From a virus (Duplodnaviria; Caudoviricetes): DNA of 25,363 bases. Below are positions 8,770 to 17,165 of the stretch, one piece after another (position 1 is the first letter of the stretch; every line of letters begins with the position of its first letter). The stretch lies in the IMG/VR virus record IMGVR_UViG_3300027656_000550, positions 1 through 25,363 of that record; one strand, given 5' to 3'. Below the pieces are notes generated by a model. It saw only the letters and a list, made by a program, of their open reading frames with translations. It was not told the DNA's origin and searched no databases. The position numbers and the translations under genes are program-made.

Positions 8770-9269
8770 TGTACGCACAAGTTATAGACGATTTAGTTAT
8801 TCAGATTGTTGATGAACAATCTCTAAGAGAGATGTACCCATCAACTCATTTTCCAGCAGTTATTACACAGGTGGCCCTGGACGGGTTTGAAAACTGGTAT
8901 GTAATAGAAGATGAAACAGCTATTCCAGAATACGATAAGTCTTCTAAAAAACTAGAATTTGTTAGAGCATTTAATGGCACAGCAGTTGTAGGCAGATACA
9001 GTGTTATTGAGCTTTCAAATGCAGAAAAGCTAGCGGCAAAAGAAGCAAGAAAAAGAGACGTTCGTTATCACAGAGATAATACTCTAAACTCAACAGACTA
9101 TCTAATGACATCCGACCTATTTAATTCATTCTCAGCAGCGGATCAAGAAAAGATAGTTGAATACAGACAAGCATTAAGAGACCTAACAAATCAAGAAAAT
9201 CCATTTGCAATCACATGGCCAGTTCTTGGAATAGATTCAATTACCATAAAATATAATTCGGTGATTTAA
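8769..9269 (+). CDS. phage tail (fibre) assembly chaperone-like protein
   Basis: Start moved to the ATG at 8769 (TAATG overlap). C-terminal VRYHRDNTLNSTDYLMTSD...EYRQALRDLTNQENPFAITWP matches the R..RD.LL..TD...YRQ.LRD...WP pattern of tail assembly chaperones (PF16778-like). Confidence 0.85.
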   Translation: MYAQVIDDLVIQIVDEQSLREMYPSTHFPAVITQVALDGFENWYVIEDETAIPEYDKSSKKLEFVRAFNGTAVVGRYSVIELSNAEKLAAKEARKRDVRYHRDNTLNSTDYLMTSDLFNSFSAADQEKIVEYRQALRDLTNQENPFAITWPVLGIDSITIKYNSVI

Positions 9270-10193
9270 ATGCCATTTCCACAAAATAGATACATGGCTG
9301 GCAGTGGAGGACCAATTAGCTTTTTGCTAAGAGAGGTCATTACAACGGGATATTTACTTTCTGGATATAAAGATACAGCTGTTTGGCGAAACGTAAACAG
9401 AATGCAGCACTCTACAGATACATCAGTAAGTCTAGGAGACCTACTTCCAGCTGGCGGTGCCTATTCTGGCGGTATGTGTGGATCTACTTTTTCTTATATA
9501 ACCAGAGCATCTGGAACATGGCTACCAAATGTAAATACTGTAAACAAGATTAATATGGTTACAGAAGTTGGTTCTAGTGCAAATGCTATGCCTTTTTCTA
9601 CATCACAAAATGGACAAGGAGCTCAAAACGAAAAACTTAGAGCATATCTGCCAGCAACTGCCGCTTCATCTTCTTTAATGAGATTTGATTTTGCATCAGA
9701 GTCTTGGATGTCATCAATTGGACTTGGCACTATTAACTATAATCAAGCGGGCCACGCTTCTCTGTTTACTGAGCTATACGGCTGGATTTGGGGAGATGAT
9801 AATAATTCAACTCGTATTACTTATGCAACCGAAACACAACAAGCATCATCAATAGCAGGAGCACATGATCAGCAACACGGCCAGTCTTCAAAGGTTGGTA
9901 GAGGATATGCAGGCGCAAATGGTTCATATAACGGGGGATACACTCTACGAAGATGGAATCTTGTAACAGAGACAAATGTTGGAGATATTACAAAACCTGT
10001 GCCAAACTGCGGAGAAGAAAATTATGACATGGGCCAAGCCCATAGCTATATGATGGGTTGCTACGATGGCGCTCAAAATAACAAAAGCTACAGAATGAAC
10101 TATGCTACTGATACAGGCTTTGCGGGCGGCGCAACAATGGAGCCTAAAGGTGTTGCTGGTAGAAGTTCTGGAATTTGTGGCTGGAGAGCATAG
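9270..10193 (+). CDS. Kelch-like six-repeat beta-propeller protein, putative receptor-binding tip
   Basis: Six roughly 40-50-aa repeats with recurring NRMQHSTDT, NKINMVTEV, MRFDFASES, TRITYATET, RRWNLVTET and YRMNYATDT, usually preceded by G/A/S-Y/W strands. Confidence 0.7.
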   Translation: MPFPQNRYMAGSGGPISFLLREVITTGYLLSGYKDTAVWRNVNRMQHSTDTSVSLGDLLPAGGAYSGGMCGSTFSYITRASGTWLPNVNTVNKINMVTEVGSSANAMPFSTSQNGQGAQNEKLRAYLPATAASSSLMRFDFASESWMSSIGLGTINYNQAGHASLFTELYGWIWGDDNNSTRITYATETQQASSIAGAHDQQHGQSSKVGRGYAGANGSYNGGYTLRRWNLVTETNVGDITKPVPNCGEENYDMGQAHSYMMGCYDGAQNNKSYRMNYATDTGFAGGATMEPKGVAGRSSGICGWRA

Positions 10194-10206
10194 ATAGGTA
10201 ATAACA

Positions 10207-10938
10207 ATGCGTTATGCAGACGATATCAATTCGGATGTAAGTAATTACACGGCAGAACAAAAAGAAATTTTAGAGTACTCAATTAATAGACATTGGGGTA
10301 CACCTGTATTTAAAATGGATAATTTTATTGGAAATGCACAATATTCTCCATTTGGTAAGCTTAGACAATTTATGCTTGAATTAAAATCAAGAGAAGATAT
10401 GATTATTCAAATAGAACACGCTATAGAAAAAACTAAACTTGAAATTGAATTACTAGAAGAGTATAAATTGCAAAACTCATCCGTAGCTCAAAATAAACTT
10501 TACGACCTAGACATAAAAGAAAAGTATAGAAACCTAAATACTTCTAAACAAGTTGCAACTGTGACATATGAAGAACGTGATAAGTTTATGTTTTTAATTA
10601 CAAGATTTAATAATTCCCCAGAAGGCCTATTACCAGATGGAAGAAGAGTTATTGATATTATGGGTGATTATGACGAAGAAGAGCGACTAGAAGCAGAGCT
10701 ATGGGTTAATCGCCTGGGCCTTCAAGCATCAAACGATCTTTTATTTTATGGTAATGTAGGAGTTGGCAACATGGAAGCCATATCACAGTTGCCAGAAAAA
10801 GATCAAATAAAGGCAATTGAATGCGCTGTTGAAAAAACTATTACTACAAGTAAAAAACTTGAAATTGCACATAAGGTTATTTCAGAAAAATTAGCCTTAG
10901 AAACCGCATCAGTTCAAGGGTGGCAAGAAATAGAATGA
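10207..10938 (+). CDS. hypothetical helical/coiled-coil protein
   Basis: 243 aa, E/K/L-rich heptad region (LRQFMLELKSRED...KTKLEIELLEEY); RBS AGGT upstream. Confidence 0.75.
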   Translation: MRYADDINSDVSNYTAEQKEILEYSINRHWGTPVFKMDNFIGNAQYSPFGKLRQFMLELKSREDMIIQIEHAIEKTKLEIELLEEYKLQNSSVAQNKLYDLDIKEKYRNLNTSKQVATVTYEERDKFMFLITRFNNSPEGLLPDGRRVIDIMGDYDEEERLEAELWVNRLGLQASNDLLFYGNVGVGNMEAISQLPEKDQIKAIECAVEKTITTSKKLEIAHKVISEKLALETASVQGWQEIE

Positions 10939-11495
10939 TTTATATAATTTATGATGTTGAAAGCATAGGAAATCATCAAGGTTATATTGAAGAAATAGGT
11001 GGATATCTAGGTCTTAGGTTTGGCAAGTTTGACGAATCCTTATTGCCATATATTAAAATGATCGACTGTATGGTTATTCCAGAAAAAGTTGCAATGGCAT
11101 ATAAATTTGCAGGAAAATTAAAAGGAAGTACAAGCGTAAGACCAGGAACATACCAGTATGATCAACTTGGAGAAGATGTCCTTGAGGTATATAAGGATAA
11201 ATTTAAGTATCATTTTACAGAAGAGGACAAGGCCAATGCTACCCTATGCGCTCAGGCAACAATGCATTATTTGCTAAACAAGTATTACTATAATAAAATA
11301 GCTATTTCTATGGCTACCCCTCCAATGTTTAGAGATGAAAATTGGACCCCAGAGCATGTCCTTATTGAAAAAAAGAAAATAGTTATGTCGGAGATAGACT
11401 ATTGCCAAACCATGGAAGATACTGTAGAATTGTTACATTGCCGCTTTGGTATCCAAAAGAATGATTCTGCTGGAGACTCTAAAATAGATTTGTAG
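10935..11495 (+). CDS. hypothetical protein
   Basis: Start moved to the ATG at 10935 (ATGA overlap with the upstream stop); no recognised motif. Confidence 0.7.
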   Translation: MIYIIYDVESIGNHQGYIEEIGGYLGLRFGKFDESLLPYIKMIDCMVIPEKVAMAYKFAGKLKGSTSVRPGTYQYDQLGEDVLEVYKDKFKYHFTEEDKANATLCAQATMHYLLNKYYYNKIAISMATPPMFRDENWTPEHVLIEKKKIVMSEIDYCQTMEDTVELLHCRFGIQKNDSAGDSKIDL

Positions 11496-11500
11496 GAAAA

Positions 11501-13156
11501 ATGTTTAGCGTACCGCTTAACCCTAAATTAAAAAAAGATCAGTTAAATGAGTTTATTTCTTTTTTAAAGGAATACAAAGCATTTATATATGACTTCTATT
11601 TTACCTGTAGGGTTGACCCATTTTTACAAGATGCCATGGGTGATGTGTTTGCTGGCGGAGAAGAAGACCACAACTATTTAATTGAGCTAGCTTTAAACAT
11701 TCAATCTGAAACAGGGATTACGGCTTCTGCAGTATTTAATAATACAGAGGTTCGTCCTTCCCAGCAAAACCTAGATATATTTATAGAGTCTTTCAGGCCC
11801 GTGTACGAGTCTGGCATTAGATCTGCAACAATACCACACACCCACTGGATGGCTACGGGACAAATTAAAAAAGCTTTTCCAGAACTGTTTGTAAAAAATA
11901 CAATCCTTAGAAATGTTTCTGAGCCTAGAGATATTGAAAAGTTAGCAAAAGCAGGGTTTGATTATATCAACCTAGACCGTGATCTTATGAGAGACCACGA
12001 AAAGCTAAAAAGATTTAAGAAGGCCAAGCAACAATACGGAGTTAAGATCTCGCTACTTGCTAATGAAGGATGCTATGGCGGATGTATAATGATGGATGAG
12101 CATTATCAATTTAACAATACTCGCACAGATGGTCCTCAGTATTTTAATGATCCAATTAGTAGAGTCTCTTGTCCAAAATGGGATCACGAAGATTTTGCGG
12201 TTTCTTTGAAGACTGCCAATTTCCCGCCATGGCGTGAAGACTGGCAACAGTTTATTGATGAACTGGGTATTGATGTTATCAAGATGCATGGCAGAGAATC
12301 TCACGTTAGATTAAAAGAAACAATGGACATCATTAAAAGATACGCAAATAATGAAGAAATTCTATTTGATAGTTTTAATGATTTTATTGAAGAGACCAAT
12401 ATGGTAGATAAGCCAATAACCATATGGCGCAATAAGATTAAAAATTGTAAATTTGATTGTTGGGATTGCGGCTATTGTGACAAAATTATGGCGGTAAAAT
12501 ATGGAAACCATATTAGCCCAAAGGTTGCGTTAGTAGCAAAAGAATTAGTCGACTCTGTAAACAATACTGTTCAGATAGAGATACCTGGGCTTACTTCAAC
12601 AAGAGTGCAGTCCTTAATAAATGGTTTGGCCAAGTCATCCTCTAAGTACCTTGAGATTGGGTCATACCAAGGCGCTACAGCCGCTGCAGCACTAAGCGGC
12701 AATAAGTTAGAGGCTTACTTTGTTGACATGTGGCAGAGCGCCCCACAGGCCGTAAGAAGGGGGTGGGAGACCCCAGTGACTAATACTCTAGAAGAGTTTA
12801 AGAAAAACATTAAGCCTTATAAGGGAGATAGCAAGATATTTATATCTAACTCTGATATGTTTAAAGTTGATGTTTCTAAGATCTCAGATATTGATTTATT
12901 TTTTTACGATGGCCCACATGATCATGAGTCTACAAAAAATGCGGTTAAGTATTATTACCCTTCATTTGCTAATCAAGCTATTTTAATATTTGATGATGCA
13001 AACTGGACGGAAGTAGTGCAAGGAGCTCATAAAGGAATACTTGAATCAGGGCTAAACATCTTGTATAGCAAAAAGGTATTAAATAGTTTAGAGTCCGATA
13101 CCGATTGGTGGAATGGCCTTTATATTGTAGTAGTAGAAAAGAATAAAGATGCCTGA
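11501..13156 (+). CDS. peptidase-U32-like Fe-S domain fused to class I SAM-dependent methyltransferase (Methyltransf_24-like)
   Basis: N-part: GFDYINLDRDL, LLANEGCYGGC...H, SCPKW, LGIDVIKMHGRE (compare U32 GVDSLKIEGR), then CKFDCWDCGYC (12446-12478). C-part: YLEIGSYQGAT (motif I), YFVDMW, IDLFFYDGPHDHES and ILIFDD. Confidence 0.8.
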   Translation: MFSVPLNPKLKKDQLNEFISFLKEYKAFIYDFYFTCRVDPFLQDAMGDVFAGGEEDHNYLIELALNIQSETGITASAVFNNTEVRPSQQNLDIFIESFRPVYESGIRSATIPHTHWMATGQIKKAFPELFVKNTILRNVSEPRDIEKLAKAGFDYINLDRDLMRDHEKLKRFKKAKQQYGVKISLLANEGCYGGCIMMDEHYQFNNTRTDGPQYFNDPISRVSCPKWDHEDFAVSLKTANFPPWREDWQQFIDELGIDVIKMHGRESHVRLKETMDIIKRYANNEEILFDSFNDFIEETNMVDKPITIWRNKIKNCKFDCWDCGYCDKIMAVKYGNHISPKVALVAKELVDSVNNTVQIEIPGLTSTRVQSLINGLAKSSSKYLEIGSYQGATAAAALSGNKLEAYFVDMWQSAPQAVRRGWETPVTNTLEEFKKNIKPYKGDSKIFISNSDMFKVDVSKISDIDLFFYDGPHDHESTKNAVKYYYPSFANQAILIFDDANWTEVVQGAHKGILESGLNILYSKKVLNSLESDTDWWNGLYIVVVEKNKDA

Positions 13157-13841
13157 GATTCAAGCATGCTCAGAAGTTGATGGTCTACCATCAATTAGTC
13201 CAGCTAAAAACTACATGCCTTCTTGGTATCCAAAAACTAGCGTATTTGTGCAAAACAATAAAATGGAGACAAGCCCTGCTGTTAAATCTTGCTTTCCTTT
13301 TAGAGATTCATTTAGCACAGGATACATGGCAGAGCTCTGGGAAGATATAGTTGTAGAGCAAGGTGTCGGAGGATCAAGAATAAAATTTTTACAAGATACC
13401 GAAGATCCCAATTTTTATCCAGCGGTTACAGTTAGAGGATCAGAGTTTACAAATCCAATGCCAGCACCAAATGGATATGAAAATAAGCACTATGCTTGGA
13501 ATAATCCATACCTGATTAAAGCACCCAAAGGATATAGCCTGCTTATAACTCAGCCATTAAATCAATACGATACCCCTTTTATGACCTTAAGCGCTATTGT
13601 AGATTGTGACGAGGACCTACTCGGATCTGGAAGAATTCCGTTTTATATTAAAGATGGATTTAAAGGTCTTGTTAAAAAGGGCACTCCGATATTTCAAATT
13701 ATTCCTATCAAAAGAGAAGACTGGACTCTTGAGGAAAACACTGGACTAAGACAAGATAACATAGTAAGATTAGACAATGTAGAGTCGTCAGGTGGCGGCT
13801 GGTATAAAAAAAACCTATGGAAAAGAAAAGAATATAAATAA
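13149..13841 (+). CDS. DUF6065-like phage protein
   Basis: PAKNYMPSWY, VKSCFPFRDSFSTGY, NPYLIKAPKGYSLLITQPLN, SAIVDCD and KKGTPIFQIIPIKREDW resemble a family recalled from aquatic phages; overlaps the upstream gene by 8 nt. Confidence 0.6.
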   Translation: MPEIQACSEVDGLPSISPAKNYMPSWYPKTSVFVQNNKMETSPAVKSCFPFRDSFSTGYMAELWEDIVVEQGVGGSRIKFLQDTEDPNFYPAVTVRGSEFTNPMPAPNGYENKHYAWNNPYLIKAPKGYSLLITQPLNQYDTPFMTLSAIVDCDEDLLGSGRIPFYIKDGFKGLVKKGTPIFQIIPIKREDWTLEENTGLRQDNIVRLDNVESSGGGWYKKNLWKRKEYK

Positions 13842-13842
13842 A

Positions 13843-14793
13843 ATGGAAATTACATCTTCTTTGTTTTTAAATAATCAGCAGTTCCTAATACTGCTAGCAT
13901 CTATAATGGGGCTATCATTTGCCGCAAAAAAGACTCAGGTATTTTTGCCAGTCTACAGCTGGATTGCCAGACACATCAAATCTAAAAGAGCAGTAGTTGC
14001 TCTTATATCAATGTTGTCAGGAATTCTGCCAATTTCAGGTCGTGTTGCTGTTTCAGCTGGCGCCCTAGATACAATTGCCCCAGATGATCAAAAGAAGCGA
14101 AAGAACTATGGAATTATAGATTACCTTTCTACTCATCATTTCTACTTCTGGTCCCCACTAGAGGCAACCGTGCTTTTGCCGATGGCTGCATTAAATATCA
14201 GTTACTGGACTTTAATTGGCAAGATATGGCCACTGCTTGCTACGGCTGTAATTATAATTTTGTTTTATATCTTCAAGGTATTAAAAGAAGATGATATTGA
14301 TATTAACGTACCAGGAAAATCTTTAAAGAAAAAGGACAAGGATGCTGCACAAATTGAGGCAGATGCAAAGCGGGACAGAAAGCAGTTAATTGATTACGCT
14401 AGAGTAATCCTATTTACTGGAATTGTAATCATACTAAGCAATATCGTTAAGGCTAATTTTGATACAATTAACTCATGGATAGAAGATGCACATAAAAACA
14501 ACCTTCTTGTCCTAGTAGCAGTTGCTGGATTCCTAGCAAGCTTTGCTCTTGGAAGCAGCAGCAAGTTTGCTGGATTTGCAGTTCTTTCGGTAGGAGTGTT
14601 TGGCATAGAAACCCTTCCATTATTTTTTGCAGTCGACTATGCAGGATATATGCTGTCTCCAGCACACAAGTGTTTAGTTGTAGGCAAGAGCTATTTTAGA
14701 ACCCCTCTTAAAGATTACTATAAGGCAATTTTTGCTTTGGTGATCCCAGTGGTCCTAATGGGAATAACCTTATACTACGGAGGAATTCTCTAA
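13843..14793 (+). CDS. multi-pass membrane protein, DUF401 / ion transporter (IT) superfamily-like
   Basis: Start moved to the ATG at 13843, just after the upstream stop. Many hydrophobic helices in two halves split by a charged loop; SGILPISGRVAVSA, THHFYFWSPLE and GYMLSPAHKCLVVGKSYF (compare DUF401 G..LSP.H.C....YF). Confidence 0.7.
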   Translation: MEITSSLFLNNQQFLILLASIMGLSFAAKKTQVFLPVYSWIARHIKSKRAVVALISMLSGILPISGRVAVSAGALDTIAPDDQKKRKNYGIIDYLSTHHFYFWSPLEATVLLPMAALNISYWTLIGKIWPLLATAVIIILFYIFKVLKEDDIDINVPGKSLKKKDKDAAQIEADAKRDRKQLIDYARVILFTGIVIILSNIVKANFDTINSWIEDAHKNNLLVLVAVAGFLASFALGSSSKFAGFAVLSVGVFGIETLPLFFAVDYAGYMLSPAHKCLVVGKSYFRTPLKDYYKAIFALVIPVVLMGITLYYGGIL

Positions 14794-14804
14794 AATATTT
14801 ACCG

Positions 14805-14837
14805 TACCCCGCTGGCCTAAAGAAGGCTGGTGGGGTA
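14805..14837 (+). terminator. 14-bp RNA hairpin after cassette A, putative terminator without a U-tract
   Basis: TACCCCGCTGGCCT-AAAGA-AGGCTGGTGGGGTA forms 14 pairs including 3 G-U, so it pairs fully only as + strand RNA. It starts 12 nt after the stop at 14793. Confidence 0.65.
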
Positions 14838-14888
14838 TAATTAAGAGTGTTATAGGCAAGGCGGTGTACTAAACAATAAAAACAGTTA

Positions 14889-14910
14889 TGCTATAATTCA
14901 TACATAGGAG
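14889..14910 (+). promoter_or_regulatory. extended -10 promoter and RBS for cassette B
   Basis: TGCTATAAT at 14889-14897 (perfect TGnTATAAT), AGGAG at 14906-14910, ATG at 14917. Confidence 0.7.
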
Positions 14911-14916
14911 AACAAA

Positions 14917-15249
14917 ATGCCAGATTATTCAAGTTTATCAACACAAGTCGATCTTTTTAAGACAAAGGTAACAGCCCTGTCGAGTTCAACTCTAAATTCT
15001 CAGGACCTAGTCTTTCTAGCAAAGGCTCTAGAGTCAATGGGCAACCTCCTAGGAGTAAATGATATTGTTTCTGCTACATCATCGAAGGTGACAGAAATTC
15101 AAACAGCTTCTTCTGGAGCTGTTGCAACAGTTAACACAGCAGGGTCTACACAGATCGTTGCAGTTAATTCGGCTGGAGCAGCAAACGTTGCCACCATCCA
15201 ATCTTCGATAGATAACTACACAATTTATACAAACATGGGAGTAATTTAA
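14917..15249 (+). CDS. fibre anchor protein B (short paralog of 7739-8404)
   Basis: 33 of the first 50 residues are identical to the 7739 protein (manual ungapped count); Ala/Ser/Thr stalk; ends YTIYTNMGVI. Confidence 0.8.
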   Translation: MPDYSSLSTQVDLFKTKVTALSSSTLNSQDLVFLAKALESMGNLLGVNDIVSATSSKVTEIQTASSGAVATVNTAGSTQIVAVNSAGAANVATIQSSIDNYTIYTNMGVI

Positions 15250-15250
15250 T

Positions 15251-15568
15251 ATGGCAACAGTAAGCTTACCAAGCAGATTTTATGCAGACACACTACCTGC
15301 ATCAGAAACATCAGTGTACACAACACCAGCAGCACAGATTGACGTTATTACATCTTTAACATTTGATAATCTAACAGATTCTACAAAGACAGTAACAATG
15401 AGAATGGCAGGAAAGTTCTTTGTAAAGAGCCTAGATGTTCCACCTCGTGCCGTTATTGTTCTTGATGTTAAGCAAGTTCTTAACACAGCAGAAAATATTC
15501 AGATCAGTGCAAGTGCTGCAGACGCCGTCTCAGTCTTCATCTCTGGCGTAAAAATTACACAAGTATAA
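15251..15568 (+). CDS. small beta-rich adaptor-like protein (paralog of 20670-20996)
   Basis: PSRF...VITSLTFDN...VLNTAENIQISASAADAVSVFISGVKI aligns with PTRF...IVKSIFTAN...IVNAGEALWASANTSNGVSMMVSGVEI. Confidence 0.75.
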   Translation: MATVSLPSRFYADTLPASETSVYTTPAAQIDVITSLTFDNLTDSTKTVTMRMAGKFFVKSLDVPPRAVIVLDVKQVLNTAENIQISASAADAVSVFISGVKITQV

Positions 15569-15593
15569 TATTATCATTTAAAGGAGAACTACA

Positions 15594-17156
15594 ATGGCAG
15601 TAAATAACACCACAAACCAGGTTTACATTCCTGGATTTGAAAACAATATCTCAAGCGTTGTAACGCCGATTGCTTATACGACAACTGCCGCTATTAGCTC
15701 CTTGCAAAGCAACATTCCGTCACAGTTCTCCAACCTAATTGGAAGGCTTGCAAATGCTGCTACTTCAAGAGATAATACAGAAGTTTCTCCTTACCCACTT
15801 TTTGCTATCTGGACAAACCATAATAATAATGCCAGGGCAGGTTACGGAGTTTACAACTCTGAAATGCAGCTTGTTGCAACAAGTAGATTGAATAACCGTC
15901 AAGGCGGATGGACAGATTTCTCTCTTGCTGAAATGAACAACTGGTATGAAAGCTTTAGAGGCTGGACTTACACAGAAGGAAATATTGGTCAAGGCGGAAA
16001 CACAACTTATTCAGGTGGCGGAACTAATATGAATGGGCACGAGGGTAATCACCTGTATGCTTTCCAGGTGTTTGGAAATTATGGAAATACTCACATGAAC
16101 AGGGCTGACAACTGGGGACAATTTACAAAAAGATCAGGAACCATCATTGGTGTAAAGGGAGTTAGACCAAGACTTAACCATTATTCAACAGATTCAACTT
16201 TTCAAATAAGAATGAGAGGCCAAGTAAATGGCGGTCTTGATACAGTAAATCTAAACTCAGCAACCTACGCAACTTGGGCGGGACGCACAAACCGTGGAAT
16301 GTCTTCTTACAATGATAGAACAAAGACCTTAGCTGTTGCAGAATCAAACACAGCAAATCAAATTAGATTGCACGTATGGAAGAATACAAATCCTTTAGTA
16401 AATCTTAATGCTAATAACTATGCTTCAGGAGATTTAAATACATTCCTTCTAGAAGCAAAAGCAGCAGGCCCATCTGGAACAACAGCTAGCTATGCATTTT
16501 ATGACTTTACATGGTCATCTGCAGGATCAACACAAGCAGAGCCATCCTATGTAATGAGATTAATTATGGGAGACAACGGAACGATTGGTTTCTCAAGATT
16601 CTCACCACAAGGAAATGGTAACCATTACGGTTGGTACATTCCAACAAATCCAGGCACACCAGGAGTCTCTGGAACTGGAGCATTTACAGATAGCGGAACC
16701 AACTTAGGAAACACAACATCTTATTCAATTGATCAAGGAGATTCTTATGGAATTAGAACAAATATTTCTTGGGACAACAACTGGGTAATTTCATATGCAC
16801 CTTATCACTATTACCACAATGGAATTAATCTTCACTGTGTAAATACAGCAGATCCAACAAAATACTATTGGTGGAGAAATACAGATGGGTCTAATGGCAC
16901 ATCGCCAGTACCATTTGGAGAAAGTTCTTTTGTGATGTGCTACTCAGTTCAAAATGGAGACGGACCTGGCCCATATTTGTATTACGCAAACCCACAGGCA
17001 GCATTTGAAAATGGAAGAAGAACAGATAATACAGTTGTAGCAAATGGTGGAGATCTGCAGCCATTCAATGTTTCATTTGTTAACACTTTTGATACAATGA
17101 GTAATACAACTTCATATGCACATATTGCAGTCATGCCACACTGGACAACGGTCTAA
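15594..17156 (+). CDS. putative fibre/receptor-binding protein, paralog 1
   Basis: 520 aa, rich in N/G/T/Y/W; colinear with 17166-18743 over its full length; RBS AAGGAG. Confidence 0.7.
   Translation: MAVNNTTNQVYIPGFENNISSVVTPIAYTTTAAISSLQSNIPSQFSNLIGRLANAATSRDNTEVSPYPLFAIWTNHNNNARAGYGVYNSEMQLVATSRLNNRQGGWTDFSLAEMNNWYESFRGWTYTEGNIGQGGNTTYSGGGTNMNGHEGNHLYAFQVFGNYGNTHMNRADNWGQFTKRSGTIIGVKGVRPRLNHYSTDSTFQIRMRGQVNGGLDTVNLNSATYATWAGRTNRGMSSYNDRTKTLAVAESNTANQIRLHVWKNTNPLVNLNANNYASGDLNTFLLEAKAAGPSGTTASYAFYDFTWSSAGSTQAEPSYVMRLIMGDNGTIGFSRFSPQGNGNHYGWYIPTNPGTPGVSGTGAFTDSGTNLGNTTSYSIDQGDSYGIRTNISWDNNWVISYAPYHYYHNGINLHCVNTADPTKYYWWRNTDGSNGTSPVPFGESSFVMCYSVQNGDGPGPYLYYANPQAAFENGRRTDNTVVANGGDLQPFNVSFVNTFDTMSNTTSYAHIAVMPHWTTV
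16252..16301 (+). repeat. 50-nt direct repeat, copy 1 (copy 2 at 17827-17876)
   Basis: TAAACTCAGCAACCTACGCAAC(T/A)TGGGCGGGACGCACAAACCGTGGAATG, 49 of 50 positions identical. Confidence 0.92.
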
Positions 17157-17165
17157 GGAGAAAAA

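Noticed and set aside
12446-12478. CxxxCxxC (CKFDCWDC) as a radical SAM motif
   Set aside because: It lies after the U32-like domain rather than at the start of a radical SAM barrel, has a fourth Cys (GYC) and is followed by a linker and a class I methyltransferase. An auxiliary Fe-S or Zn site is more likely.
11501-12480. Collagenase/protease acting on the collagen-like fibre
   Set aside because: The peptidase U32 name is historical; well-characterised members act in hydroxylation, and no protease catalytic motif is visible.
13806-13813. A8 run as a programmed frameshift fusing the DUF6065-like gene to the membrane protein
   Set aside because: The run encodes Lys-Lys-Asn in an A-rich genome, no stimulatory structure is evident, and the downstream gene has its own ATG 1 nt after the stop.
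15564-15569. TATAAT as an internal promoter for the paralog pair
   Set aside because: It is formed by the last codon and stop (GTA TAA T) in AT-rich DNA, with no extended TG or clear -35; possible but unsupported.
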